A stretch of 64,000 bases of DNA from Heterodontus francisci. Lineage: Eukaryota. A model generated the notes under the pieces. That model saw nothing but the letters and a program-made list of their open reading frames with translations. It did no database searches and was not told the origin of the DNA. Both the position numbers and the translations under genes were made by a program. Location of the stretch: NCBI RefSeq assembly GCF_036365525.1, contig NW_027142032.1, positions 434,001 to 498,000 of the forward strand. The letters are read 5' to 3'. Of this stretch, positions 12,583-25,549 are shown in pieces. Numbering within the stretch: position 1 is the stretch's first letter; each line of letters opens with the position of its first letter.

Positions 12583-13572
12583 TGAACTGGTGTAGCCATA
12601 TAAATACCGTGGCTACAAGAGCAGGTCAGAAGCTAGGAATCCTGAGGCGAGTAACTCACCTCCTGACACCCAAAGCCTGTCCACCATCTACAAGGCACAA
12701 GTCATGAGTGTGATGGAATACTCTCCACTTGCCTGGATGGGTGCAGTTCCAACAACACTCAAGAAGCTCGACACCGTCCAGGGCAAAGCAGCCCGCTTGA
12801 TTGGCACCCCATCTACAAACATTCACTCCCTCCACAACCGACGCACAGTGGCAGCAGTGTGTACCATCTACAAGATGCACTGCAGCAATGCACCAAGGTT
12901 GCTTAGACAGCACATTCCAAACAAAGAGCAAAGAACAGTACAGCACAAGGAACAGGCCATTCGGCCCTTCAAGCCTGCGCCGATCTTGATGCCTGCCGAA
13001 ACTAAAACCTTCTGCACTTCCAGGGACCGTATCGCTCTATTCTCATCCTATTCATGTATTTGTCAATTGCCTCTAAAACGTCATTATTGTACCTGCCTCC
13101 ACCATCTCCCCCGGCAGCAAGTTCCAGGCACACAGCACCCTCCATGTAAAGAACGTGACGTGCCTCGCACATCCCCTCTAAACTTTGCCCCTCTCACCTT
13201 AAACCTTTATCCCCTAGTAACTGACTCATCCACCCTGGGAAAAAGCTTATGACTATCCATTCTGTCCATGCCGCTCATAACCCGCGACCTCTACCAACTA
13301 GAAGGACAAGGGCAGCAAATGCATGGGAACACCACCACCTGCAAGTTCCCCTCCACACCATCCTGACTTGAAACTATATCGCCGTTTCTTCACTGTCGCT
13401 GGGTCAAAATCCTGGAACTCCTTTCATAACAGCACTGTGGGTATACCTACCCCAAATGGACTGCAGCGATGCAAGAAGGCAGATCGCCACCACATTCTCA
13501 AGGGCAATTAGGGATGGGCAATAAATGCTGGTCTGGCCCGCGTCGCCCACATCCCATGAATGAATAAAAAAA
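12583..13572 (+). mobile_element. L2/CR1-clade LINE (second family) 3' fragment nested in CR1
   Basis: SVMEYSPLAWMGAVPTTLKKLDTVQGKAARLIG, and the same 3' tail as 7410-9358, ending atgaatgaataaaaaaa. Confidence 0.9.
12923..13278 (-). mobile_element. Short CR1 3' end nested in the L2-like fragment
   Basis: Closely matches the CR1 3' end at 40800-41160 and interrupts the host sequence ccaaac|ccgcgacc. Confidence 0.85.
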
Positions 13573-14229
13573 CATGTATTAGCTGTATTAGCGGGCTTGA
13601 AGCTGGATAAATCTCCAAGCGCAGATGAGATGCATCCCAGGCTGCTATGTGAGTGCAAGGGAGAGATAGCTGGGGCTCTGACACAAATTTTCAGATCCTC
13701 TCTGGCCACAGGAGAGGTACCAGAGGATTTGATGGCAGAGAATGTGGTATCATTATTAATTACAGGCCAGTGAGTCTAGCATCGGTGGTAGGGAAATTAT
13801 TGGAAAAAAATCTGTGAGACAGGATTAATCTCCACTTGGAGAGGCAGGGATTAATCAGGGATAGTCAGCATGGCTTTGTCAGGGGAGATCATGCCGAACA
13901 AATTTGATTGAGTTTTCCGAGGACGTGACTGGAGGTGTAGATGAGAGTAAAGCAGTTGATGTAGTCTGTATGGACTTCATTAAGTGGTTTGATAAGGTCC
14001 CCCATGGGAGATTGGTTAGGAAAGTAAAAGCCCATGGGATCCATGGGAATTTGAGAACTTGGATTCAAAATTGGCTCAGTGCAAGAAGGCAGAGGGTGAT
14101 GGTAGAAGGTTATTGTGCGATTGGTAGCCTGTGACCAGTGGTGTAATGCAGGGATCGGTTCTGGGACCCTAACTGTTTGTAGTGCACATCAATGATTTAG
14201 CCGTGAATGTAGGAGGTATGATCAGTAAG

Positions 14230-15150
14230 TACGCAGACGACACTAAGATTGGTGGAGTAGCAGATAGTGAAGGGGACTGTCAGAGAATACAGCAGAATAT
14301 AGATAGACTGGAGAGTTGGGCAGAGAAATGGCAGATGGAGTTCAATCAGGGCAAATGCGAGGTGATGCATTTTGGAAGATCCAATTCAAGAGTGAACTAT
14401 ACAGTAAATGGAAAAGTCCTGGGGAAAATTGATGTACAGAGAGATTTGGGTGTTCAGGTCCATTGTTCCCTGAAGGTGGCCACGCAGGTTAATAGAGTGG
14501 TCAAGAAGGCATACGGCATGCTTTCCTTCATCGGACGGGGTATTGAGTACAAGAGTTGGCAGGTCATGTTAGAGTTGTATAGGACTTTGGTTCGGCCACA
14601 TTTGGAATACTGCGTGCAGTTCTGTTCGCCACATTACCAAAAGGATGTGGATGCTTTGGAGAGGGTGCAGAGGAGGTTCACCAGGATGTTGCCTGGTATG
14701 GAATGCGCTAGCTATGAAGAGAGGTTGAGTAGATTAGGATTATTTTCAGTAGAAAGATGGAGGTTGAGGGGGGACCTGATTGAGGTGTACAAAATCATGA
14801 GAGGTAGAGACAGGGTGGATAGCAAGAAGCTTTTTCCCAGAGTGGGGGATTCAATTACAAGGGGACACGAGTTCAAAGTGAAAGGAGAAAAGTTTAGGGG
14901 GGATATGCGTGGAAAGCTCTTTACGCAGAGGGTGGTGGGCGCCTGGAATGCATTGCCAGTGGAGGTGGTAGACGCGGGCACGATAGCATCTTTTAAGATG
15001 TATCTAGACAGATACATGAATGGGCAGGAAGTAAAGAGATACAGACCCTTCGAAAATAGGCGACATGTTTAGATAGAGGATTTGAAGCGGTGTAGGATTG
15101 GAGGGCCGAAGGGCCTGTTCCTGTGCTGTAATTTTCTTTGTTCTTTGTTC
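14230..15150 (+). mobile_element. Young CR1 LINE 3' end with open RT C-terminal frame
   Basis: Uninterrupted frame YADDTKIGG...RPHLEYCVQF...KRYRPFENRRHV* and (ttctttg)n tail. Nearly identical to the copy at 37822-38750. Confidence 0.9.
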
Positions 15151-16884
15151 CATAGACTCTAGGACGGTATAGATGGACTAATAAGATGGGCAGAGCACTG
15201 GAAAATTGAGTTTAATCCTGAGAACTTTGAGGTGATGCACTTTGGGAACTTCAAGAAGGCAATGGAATATTCAATGGATTGTAGGACACTACGGAGTACA
15301 AAGGGTCAAAGGGACCTTGGAGCGCTTGTCCATAGATCACTGAAGGCAGCAGCATATGTAAGTGGTTACGAAGGCACCAGGGATACTTGCCCTTATTGGC
15401 AGAGGCCAAGCATATAAGAGCTGGGAGGTTATGATGGAGCTTTATAAAACGCTAGTTAGGCCTTAGCTGGAAGTACTATGTGCAGTTCTGATCACCACAC
15501 TACAGGAAGGATCTAATTGCAGTGGAGAGGGTGCAGAGGGGATTTACCACGATGTTGCCTGGGCTGGAGCATTTCAGTTATGAAGACAGACTAGATGTGC
15601 AGGGGTTGTTTTCCTTGGAGCAGAAAAGGCTGAGGGGGGACCTGACTGAGTATGGCAAATTATGAGGGGCATTGATAGGATGGATAGGAAGAAACTTTTT
15701 CCCTTGGTGGAGGTGTCAATAACTCTCGGGCATAGATTTAAGGTAAGGGGCTGGAGGTCTAGAGGGGAGTTGAGGAAGAATTTCTTCACCCAGAGGGTGG
15801 TTGGAATCTGCAACACATTGCCTGAAGCAGTGGTAGAGGCAGGAATACTCACGACATTCAAGCAGTATATATATGAGCATTTGAAACACCATAACATACC
15901 CGCCTCCCCCACTTCCAGCATTTGGTCTGTAGCCATGCAGCTTATTGCACTTTACGTTCATATCCCGACTCCTTTATAATAAGTTGGGTCTCTGCCTCAA
16001 CTAACCTTTCAGACATTGAGTTCCAGACCATCACCAACCTCTGGGTGAAAACGTCTTTTCTCATCTCCCCTCCAATTTTTCTGCGAATCACTTTGAATAT
16101 ATGCTCGCACGTCCCTGACCTCTCTGCTAAGGAAAATATACCCTTCACCTCCATTCAATCTAGGCCCCTAAACATGTTGTTCATTTCACTTGAAGGAAAC
16201 AAGCTTGCTGCAGGGTGATGCCGATCAAACAGGAGAGTGAGTCTGATTGGATGATGAGATTATTTTGTCAACTTCAATTCAGTAATGGCTTTGCCATTTG
16301 TCGTTGGTGAAATGTTGCTGCAAAGTTGCAGAATTAAAACACAGGTGCAATTGAACATTGCGATAGCCAGAAACCGAAGGCGAGTCAAGGGCTTGGAAGG
16401 CAGTTACACTGACCCCTTTATTACCATTGCTTACTTTGTAAAGCTTCTCACACTTCATATATGGACCACACACATCCTAGCTGTTTGGAACTGGAATGTT
16501 TTGGATGAAATATTTAGCATCCATTTTAATCTGCACCTAAACACCACGTTCATGTTCCCATCATATGATGGAATGATAGAATGGTGACAGCGCCGAAAGC
16601 GGCCATTCGGCCCGTCGTGTCGGGTAGGCTCGCTGCAAGACCAGTTCACCTCGTCCCATTTCCCCACCTTTTCTCCATAGCTCTGCAGTTTTGTTTACTC
16701 TTGATTTAATTATCCAATTCTCTTTTTAAAGTCTCGTTTGAATCTGCCTCCAACATACTCAATGTTATTTCTCGATAATATAAAATATTTATGAAGGAAT
16801 GATTATTTTCCGCCAGGAGATGGCACTTGCCTAAAATCATTTCGATCTTGCAATTTGTTTTTGCACATCTTCATCGCAATGGAT

Positions 16885-17045
16885 CTGCTGCTGCGCGGGA
16901 AACTGGCCAAGCACGCCGTCTCGGCAGGTGCAAAGGCGACGACCAAGTACACCAGCTCCTTTTAGATCTCCACATTGTACAGAAATAAAGCACCAAACAC
17001 AACATCTCTTTCAAAGTCCACCGACAGTTTCTCTGAAAGAACTGC
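16885..17045 (+). pseudogene. Histone H2B C-terminal fragment with decayed stem-loop and downstream element
   Basis: Translates LLLRGKLAKHAVSAGAKATTKYTSSF*, versus H2B [26 protein letters not shown]. Followed by a degenerate histone stem-loop (caacatctctttcaaagtccacc) and HDE-like gaaagaactg. Confidence 0.85.
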
Positions 17046-17749
17046 GCCCATACCTCTCTTAAAGAATCGTTTTACTGTAATGATTTCAATAGCAACTCTT
17101 CAATTTTCAGACCAAGTTAATTTCCACTTCTCCGACAAGCATTTTCACTGACCGGCTCGATCGCTGCGTATTTTTTTAAAATTTTCCACAGTTTAACTAA
17201 ATATCCACCAATGATCTGCTCTCTCTCCCCCCCCCCCCCCACCCACCTCCCTTCCACCCCGCCACGTTGTCGGACTCAATCATTTGCTGTACCTGCACAC
17301 GGTTTGGATTTAATTGTATGAGTCAGATTGCTCCCATCTCCTTCACCATCTCCTGTACCTTTCTGTAATTATGTTTTGGAAGCAAATTCCCTTTATTAAC
17401 CCCAGACCCACCTACAACCCAGACTGGATCTTCTTACTGAGACCAGACATGGATTATTTTGCCGAGTCTTCCAGGGGTTGGGTTTTCACAGTGGTCTGAG
17501 ATCTGGTTTCAGTCCAACAGGAGGGCCTTTGGAAAGGGATGTGCGATAAAGTCTAATTGGTTATTTTTAGAAAGATTGAGCTGAAATACGTGGTGGTACA
17601 GGATCTGAACGGGGCTTTGTTCCTGTCCGTTACAGGCAGTTTGAAAGTGATCGGATTATCAACCTAACTTTAAAAATCAGTTTGAAGCTAAGTCTGTCAT
17701 TGGTGAGGAAAATGTGGAATCAAGAACAACAGATCACTAACATAACATA

Positions 17750-19160
17750 CGTACGAGTTAGGAGTGGGTGCAGGCCATTTGGCTGATACAATGTAGGGGG
17801 TACTTGACAGGGTTAATGCTGAGAGGATGTTTCCCCTTATGAGAGAGAACAGAACCGGGACACAGTTTAAACATAATTCATGGCAGATCAGTTTGTGGCC
17901 TCACCTCTATTTTCCTGTTTATCCCCTATACTTTAATACTCGCATGTCAAATAGGAATCTGTCTAACTCAGTCTTAAAGTTATGCAACGGCCCTGCTTCC
18001 ACTGCTCTCTGAGGAAGAAAATTCCACAGCCTGACGACCCTCTAAAAACAAAGAAACTCATCACCATATTTATTGGGTGATTCCTTATTTTGAAACTGTG
18101 TTCCCTGGGTCCAATGTCTCTTCGAACGGGAAACATCCTCTCAGCTTCCACCCTGCCAAGTGCCCTGAAGATCTAATATTTTTCAAGAAGATCACCTCTC
18201 ACTCTTCTTACCTCCAATGGATACAGGCCAACCTGTCCAACCTTTCCACATAAGATAACCTCTTCATCTTAAGCAATCAGTCGACTGAACCTTCTATGAA
18301 CTGCTTATAATGCAAGTTTATGTATTGGAGAGACCAAAGCTGTATACAGTACGACAAATGAACTCTCACCAACACCGTGTAAAACTGCAGCAAATCTTGC
18401 TTACTTTAATAGTTCATCCCCCTTGCAATTAATGACATCATTCTATTTGCCATCCCAATCACTTGTGCGTGCATACTAACAATTTGTGTTCCATGTACCA
18501 GGACACCCAACTCTTCCCCGCAGAGTTCTGCAATCTCTCTCCATTAAAATAATAACTGTTTGTCAATTCTGCCTGTCAAAGTGGACGAGTTCACATTTTC
18601 TCACATTCAACTCCATCTTCACAATTGTGACCACTCACTTAAAGTATCTAAATCCCTTTGCAGATTCCTTATATAGATCACAGAGCTTACTCTCTTACCT
18701 ATCCCTGTATCACCATTTAGCAATGATACATTTCTTCTTTTCATCCAAGTCATTAATAAAAGCTTGTAAATTATTATGGCCCGAGAAATCAATCCCGTGG
18801 CACTCCACTAGTTACAACTTGCCAACCCAAAAATAACACATTTATCCCTACTTTCTGTTTCTTGTTCAGTAACCAATTATCTTACAATGCTAAAATGTTA
18901 CCCCCAACACCATGAGCTCTTATTTAGTGTGGCACCTTGCCAAATGACATTTTGCATTCTAAGTACAGCACATAAAATATTCCCCTTTATTCACTTCGCT
19001 TGGTACATCCTCTTAAAGCTCTAATAATTAATTCAACATGATTTCCCTTTCACATGTTGACGCTGCCTGATTACTTCACGATTTTCTCGGCGCTCTGCTG
19101 GACCCTCTTTAATAATAGATCCAGCATTTTCCCTGTAACTGAAATAAGGCTACTTGCCAT
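17750..19160 (-). mobile_element. Old CR1 LINE remnant
   Basis: Degenerate CR1 3' region (EAERMFPV, FKIR, tcacattttctcacattcaactccatc). Confidence 0.7.
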
Positions 19161-19189
19161 GCACTCCCTGCTTTGGGGCGGTAGTGTAT

Positions 19190-19256
19190 TTATGTTATGT
19201 TATGTTATGTATTTGTGTGTGTGTGTGTGTGTATGTGTGCGTGTGAGTGTGTGTGC
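19190..19256. repeat. (TTATG)n/(GT)n microsatellite
   Basis: Direct inspection. Confidence 0.9.
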
Positions 19257-19450
19257 TTAGTTTTTTTTCTGCAGCTGATATGTTACCCCATCTACATCCA
19301 ACCCCTCGCATGTTCCTATCTGTTACATATAGTTAAAGTACCTAAAAATCCAGTTCCCTGCTGATTTCCAGTTGATATACTGTCAGTGAGTATCATATTT
19401 TCTGCTGTTTAATAACAGTCACAGTCGAAAGCTGATACTCATTTAGGTTG

Positions 19451-19451
19451 C

Positions 19452-19494
<43 letters not shown>
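19451..19494. repeat. (GT)n(GA)n compound microsatellite
   Basis: Direct inspection. Confidence 0.95.
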
Positions 19495-19502
<8 letters not shown>

Positions 19503-21234
19503 ATTTAGTAAGTGTCAGTCAGTGTCTGATCATTTATCTATTCTATGTCTCTCTGTGTTAATCTGTGTCAAGATGGGAAAATTTCTTTTATATTTTGCAG
19601 TCTGTATTTCTATGTGTTATTGTGGCAGTATTTTTAATCTCTGCCAACCTCTTCTGCTGTATATGAGTGTGTAACTATCAGTCTCAAGTAGTGCGAGAGA
19701 TTTAGATGAATGATTTAGCTCAAAGTCTCTGGTGCTTTAGGTCCCTGTGAAATTGGATCTATACGTGTCCACAAAGTGCTGTATGAGATTCTGGCCATCT
19801 ATTTTCAACCATTAGTCTCTGCTATTGTATGTAATGTGCCATTCATATTCTATCTGTTAACATGTGGTAGTATAAACGAGAACACAAGAACATAAGTAAT
19901 CGGAGCAGAAGTGAACCAGATGGCCCATCCAGTCTGCTGCGCCGTTTATCGATTCTAATTTCTTGTGCACAGACTTGATGGCATTGCATGTTTTTCTTTA
20001 CATTAAAGACAGAAGTGCTTGGAACAATCTCTCCCATTCAGGCGCTTCGTCTCATTGATAAAGAAACTGTGACATATGTTGTCTGCAGTTATTGTTCTTA
20101 AATTCTTAAAGCTGCTGGATCTCTTTAGGTGGCTTCAGTTCTCATGTGGCTTTAGAACCTACCGTCACCTGTTTAAAAGCAAAAAGAATCCATTGTGGCT
20201 ATGTCCCTGAACCAAATGGCTTAATTTGTCCAATTATTGTCTATTTAGAAACTTAAAATGTAATAATTTCCAAGCTGAAGCGGGATTAATTTCATTTTTT
20301 GTCTCCAAGGGGACGGAGCCAAAGATTCTCAGATGAGTCACTTCAAGTAACTTTTCGAACAAACTTTCTCGATTGAAAGAAAGGACGAAACACTATTTTA
20401 AACTGTTTTCCCCCCTAATTTTACTGGTATCCCTTTGGTTTAAAACAAGAAAATCTATAGCAACATACCCGTGTATATTGATTATAACAGGCACTTTGCA
20501 ACAAAATTACTGTCAGCTTCGGAATGTTGCTGATTTCATTTTAATCTAATGCAATGCAAAACCGACAGGAATATCAGAGCGAATGGCATCGCACTAAAGG
20601 AGCCCTCAGGATGGTTGCTTTGTCAAACAGCAGAACAATGATGGGTACAGTAGGGGGCAGTCTTTTGAGGTTTTTTTTGTTGAATCGCTTTGTTGCTGTC
20701 TTTTGTTGTCCTGCACATGACTTTGAGTGTTTGATGCTGACGCCGGGGGTATGAAGTGGGGACAGGTCTCTTCCTAGCACTGGAGTTCCTCTCCACGATG
20801 AGTGAAAAGCTTTCAAGCAAAGCTTTGTTTTGGAGTACTATTCTGGCAATTCGATCTATTCTGCCACCATTGTCCTGTGATCATTGTCTCATATTCAAAG
20901 TTTGCCATTTTGGACTTTGCAAAATTCTCATCCATATTTTTCGACATGTAGAAAACTCAGTGCTGCTGCTTTAATTGTGGCGACAACCTCACTTCCTCCC
21001 AGCCTCTGTTTCTCTCTCATTCAACACTTCCTGGTTTGAACTTATGGTGGTGGAGAAAAGGTATCTGTCGCTTCCTTGCAGCTGTCATGTCTCAGCGCAG
21101 CTGGCACGAAAACATGGACACATCCACCTTGTTGTTGCTGTTTGGTGAGTCATGAAGCAACTTTTGAGTAAAGCATAATTCAATGAGTTTGAACACATGT
21201 TTGCTTCTTATGCTCTGTTCGTACTATTAAGGGT

Positions 21235-21618
21235 TAAATTCCTCTTAGTCTGAAGTGAAGCGCTTCTGAGCTGAAACCACAGGTTTCCGTTGCAAGCACT
21301 TCCTTTACTGTAAACTGTATTCTTATATATTGCCAAATTCTTTATTCATCAGTATTTCATTGATCTTCCCCAATCCATACAGCTTACATCTAATTGTGGT
21401 GTTCGTCACGGTTGGTCAACTCTCTATTAAAGGACTGGTTTCCAGTGAATTCAAACTCCATTCGATACTAATTATTTAGATGGCACTTCCTCCTTCAGTC
21501 TGCTGGAGCTGGACATATCACTGAAATAGAGATCGGCACGGTGGGCGGAGACTCATGTCCATGAACAACACAGTGCAGCAGATGCCGCTTATTCTTAACA
21601 TTTATTACATATTCCCCA
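21235..21618 (+). promoter_or_regulatory. Promoter plus leader-exon module, copy 1 (putative 5' end of the Ig-receptor pseudogene)
   Basis: ETS-like TTCCTCT (21239), RUNX-like AAACCACA (21274) and PU.1-like CACTTCCTC (21484). ATG at 21555 gives MSMNNTVQQMPLILNIYYIFP with a phase-1 GT at 21619. Homologous to modules at 34.2-34.6, 42.8-43.2 and 45.0-45.4 kb. Confidence 0.55.
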
Positions 21619-21879
21619 GTATTTTCAATTCACAATTCCTAACCTTAGTCCAACCATCCATTCCATAAAGGAACTCCGACTCTTGCATCGACATTCTATT
21701 CCATGGTTCATTATTCCTGTACTTCTTTCCTGATTATAATGTAGCCTTTGTGGATATAGACCACACAAGCTTTCTCCAATTACTGTTCTCCATGCTCTGA
21801 CTGTTTCACACTCACCTCTATGTCTTCCCATCTTCCATCCCAGGAAGTTCAAAATATTCTTTAAGGCATTCCATTATAA

Positions 21880-22550
21880 GTTTTAACGTCCCTCTGTGTC
21901 TGAAAGGCTCCCCTCATTTCAACACTAGTTCTTTTAACAACTATTATAAATCCTTTAGCTCTGCTTACCCGCCCATTTGCCAGAGGGAAACCTTTCTACC
22001 TAGTTGTTCCACCAAAGGCCTCATAATTTTCAATCCCTCCATTAAATTTCTCTCCAACCTGCTTTGCTCTAAGGAGAACATTCCCAGATTGTTCAATTTA
22101 TCCACATAACTGAAACCTCTCATCCCGGCTACCTTTCCAGTAAATCTCCTCCACACCCTCTCCAAGGGTTGACATGCTTTCTAAAGTGTGGTGCCCAGAA
22201 CTGAACACAATACTCCAGCTGAGGCCTAACCATTGATCTGCATTTCCTTTAGAAGAGCCTCCAGTTCCTTTGTACTTTGCATCTTTGTTTTTCTAAACAC
22301 GGGCCTTATCAGTTTTTGTTTTTACAGATTAAACAACTTTTCTCGCTATCTTATATGACTCTTCTATGTGAAATCTGTTCCTGGCTGCCCTCGAATATTT
22401 TATCAATTACTTTCCTCATTCGTCCTCCCGTAATTCATCACTTCATATTTTTATGCATTAGATGTCATTTATCGTGTGTCTGCCTATTTCACCACTCTGC
22501 CTGAGCTGACCTGAAGTCTGCTACTGACCTCCTCACTGCTTACTACAATT
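21880..22550 (-). mobile_element. Old CR1 LINE 3' remnant
   Basis: MERVWRRFTGKVAGMRGFSYVDKLNNLGMFSLEQ. Confidence 0.8.
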
Positions 22551-22649
22551 TCAAATTTATTACATTGCCAACCGGGCGACAAGTTAACTTGCTTTTTTGA
22601 AGCAGAAAATTAGCGAGAGACTGAAAGACAGAAGAAACAAGAGTTAAAA

Positions 22650-25520
22650 CATGTGCAGCCCAGGAATTTGGCAGTGTTAAAGGGTATTTATTTAAATGCA
22701 AGGAGTATAGTAAATAAAGCCGATGGGCTGAGGACAGAGATGGAGACATGACAACACGATATCGTTTTTATAACGGAAACATGGTGTAAAAAGGAACAAG
22801 AATGGCAACTCAACATCCCTGGGTATTGAGTTTTCAGGCGGCATAGAAAGTCAGATAAAAACGTAAGGGTTGGAGCCTTATAAGCTAAGGAATCAATAAC
22901 AGCTTTGAGAAGGCATGATATGCGAAATTAATCATCAAATGAGGCCATATGTGTGGAGCTCAGAAATAAAAAAGGGACAGCCACACTATTAGGAGTGTAC
23001 TACGGACCCCCAAATAGAGAAAGGGAGGTAGAAGAACAAATATGTAGACGCATTTCTGAGTGCAAATCTATCGGGCAACAATAGTTGGGGATTTCAACTT
23101 CCCTGATATCAACTGGGATGCAAACAGTGTGAGGGGCCCAGAGGGGACAACATTCTTGAAATGTTTTCAAGAGAACTATTTTAGCCAGCACGTAACAGGT
23201 CCAAAGAGGCTTAATCCTAGATTTAGTCTTCAGTAAAGAATCTGGGCAAGTGGATGAAGTAACAGTGGGTGGCAATTTTGGAGATAGCGACCATCATGGT
23301 AAGTTTTAGCATGATCATGGAAAAGGACAAAGAACAAACAGGAGTGACAGTTCCCAAATTGGGGAAGGCAAATTTTACGAAACTCGGAGTTCACCTGGCC
23401 AAAGTGGACTGGATGCAACTACTTGAAGGATAATCAGTGGCAAACCAGTATGAGGCATTGAAAAGCGAGATACTACAGGCACAGTATCGGCATGTCCCCA
23501 AAAAGATAAAGGGTGGTACAGCCAAATCCAGAGCCCCCTAGTTATCTAGAAGCTGACAGGGTAAGTTAAAGCAGTAACAGAAAGCTTATGATGATCACCA
23601 AAACCTTAATACTTTCGAAAGCCTGGAGGAATATAGAAAGTGCAGGGATGAAGTTATAAAGGAAATTAGAAATGCAAAGAGAGGACATGAAAAATTATTG
23701 CCAGGTAAAATCAAGGAAAACCCGAAGATGTTTAATCAGTACATTAAGAGCAAAATATAAGTAAGGTAAGGAAGGGTAAGACCGATCAAAGATGTACAAG
23801 GGAACTTATGCAGGGATGCAGAAGATGTGGGCAGTGTTATTAATGAGTTTTTTTCCTCTGTCTTCACAAAGTAGAGGGCTGATGTAGATATTGTAGTTAA
23901 AAAGGTGGAGCGTGCATAATGAGAGAGGAAGTACCAGAGGGTCTGTCATCCTTGAAAGTGGATAAATCGCCAAGGCCAGATGAATTCTGTCCCAGCTTGT
24001 TAAAGGAAGCCAGGGAGGAAATAGCGGATGTGCTGAGGGACATCTTAAAATCATCACTAGATATAGATGATTGGAGTTTTGTGAACGTTGTGCCATTGTT
24101 TAAAAAGGGTGCGAGGGATAGGCCAAATAATTATAGGCTGGCCAGTCTGACCTCAGTGGCGGGTAAATAGTTAGAATCTATTCTGAGGGACAGGATAAAT
24201 TGCCACTTAAAAAGCCGTGGATTACACAGGGTTAGTCAGCATGGATCTTTTAAGGGAAGGTCATGTCTTGCTAACTGAATTGTTCTTTTGAGGAAGTAAT
24301 AAGGAGGATTGATGAATATAGTGCGTGGATTGGTCGATTTGGATTTTAGTAAGGCATTTGACAAGGTCCTGCATGGCAGACTGGTCATAAAAATGCAAGC
24401 CCATGGGATGCAGGGGAATGTGGCTGTTTGGAACCAGAGTTGGCTCAGGGACAGGAAACAAAGGGTAGTTGTCAACACATGTTTTGTAAATGGAAAACTG
24501 TTTCCAATAGCGTTCTCCAGGGCTGAATGTTGGGTCCCTTGCTGTTTGTGTTATATATTAATGTTTTGGACTTAAATGTGGGAAGAATGATTGTGAAACT
24601 TGCTGATGACACAAAGATTGGCCGTGTAGCTGAGAGTGAAGAGGATAGCTGTAGGCTCCATAATGATATCAATGGTAAGATTGAGTGGGCGGTGAAGTGG
24701 CAAATGGAATTCAATCCAGATAAGTGTGAGGTAATGCATTTGGAGAGGGCAAATAAAGCGAGGGGATGCACAGTAAACGGGAGGATATTATGAGGGGCAG
24801 AATAAGTGAGAGACCTTGGAGTGCATGTCTCCGGGTCTATGAAGGTGGTGGGACAGGTAGATGGAGTGTTAAAGAAGGTATATGCAATGCTTTCCTTTAT
24901 TGGCCGAAGTATAGGAAACAAAAGCAGGGATGTAAAGCTGGAACTGTATAAAACGCTGGTTAGGCCACAGCTGGAGTATTGCGTACAGTTCTGGTTACCA
25001 CATTACAGAAAAGACATAATTGCTCTGGAAAGAGTACAGAGGAGATTTACAAGAATGTTGCCAGGGCTCGAACGTTGCAGCTATGTGAAAAGATTGGATA
25101 GGCTAGGGCTGTTTTCCTTATAACAGAAGAGGCTGATGGGTGACTTAATTGAGATGTACCAAATTATGAGAGGCCGAGATAGAGTAGACAAGAAGGACCT
25201 GTTTCCCTTGGTGGAGAGGCCAGTTAGCAGGGGGCACAGATTTAAGGTTGATAGGTAGAAGGATTAGAGGGGACATGAGGAAAAACGTTTTCACCCAGAG
25301 GGTGTGGGTCTCTGGAATTCACTGCCAAGAACAGTGATTGGGACAAGAAACCTTCAATTCTTTCAAAAGGTATCTGGACCTGCAATTGAAGTGATATAAC
25401 CGGTAAGACTCTTGATTAGGTGCTGGAAGGAGGGATTAGATTGGCTAGTTTTCTTTTCAGCCGGCATGGACACGATGGACTGAATGGCCTCTGTCTGTGT
25501 TGTAATTTTCTATGGTTCTA
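22650..25520 (+). mobile_element. CR1 LINE, near-complete degenerate ORF2 (endonuclease + RT) and 3' UTR
   Basis: Endonuclease start (YLNARSIVNK), GDFNFPDINW, DKSPRPD, DFSKAFDKV, KLADDTK, RPQLEYCVQFW and a (ctatggtt) tail. Many stops and frameshifts. Confidence 0.92.
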
Positions 25521-25549
25521 ATATCAATGCGGAAACTGAAAATGAACCC

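Larger units (their letters stand above)
12285..15900 (+). mobile_element. Older CR1 LINE ORF2 remnant hosting nested insertions
   Basis: CR1 ORF2 pieces (IRRAKRGHENSLADK; DKSP; IEFSEDVT..VDVVCMDF; RKNFFTQRVV) are co-linear across 12285-12570, 13576-14230 and 15151-15900. Confidence 0.85.
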
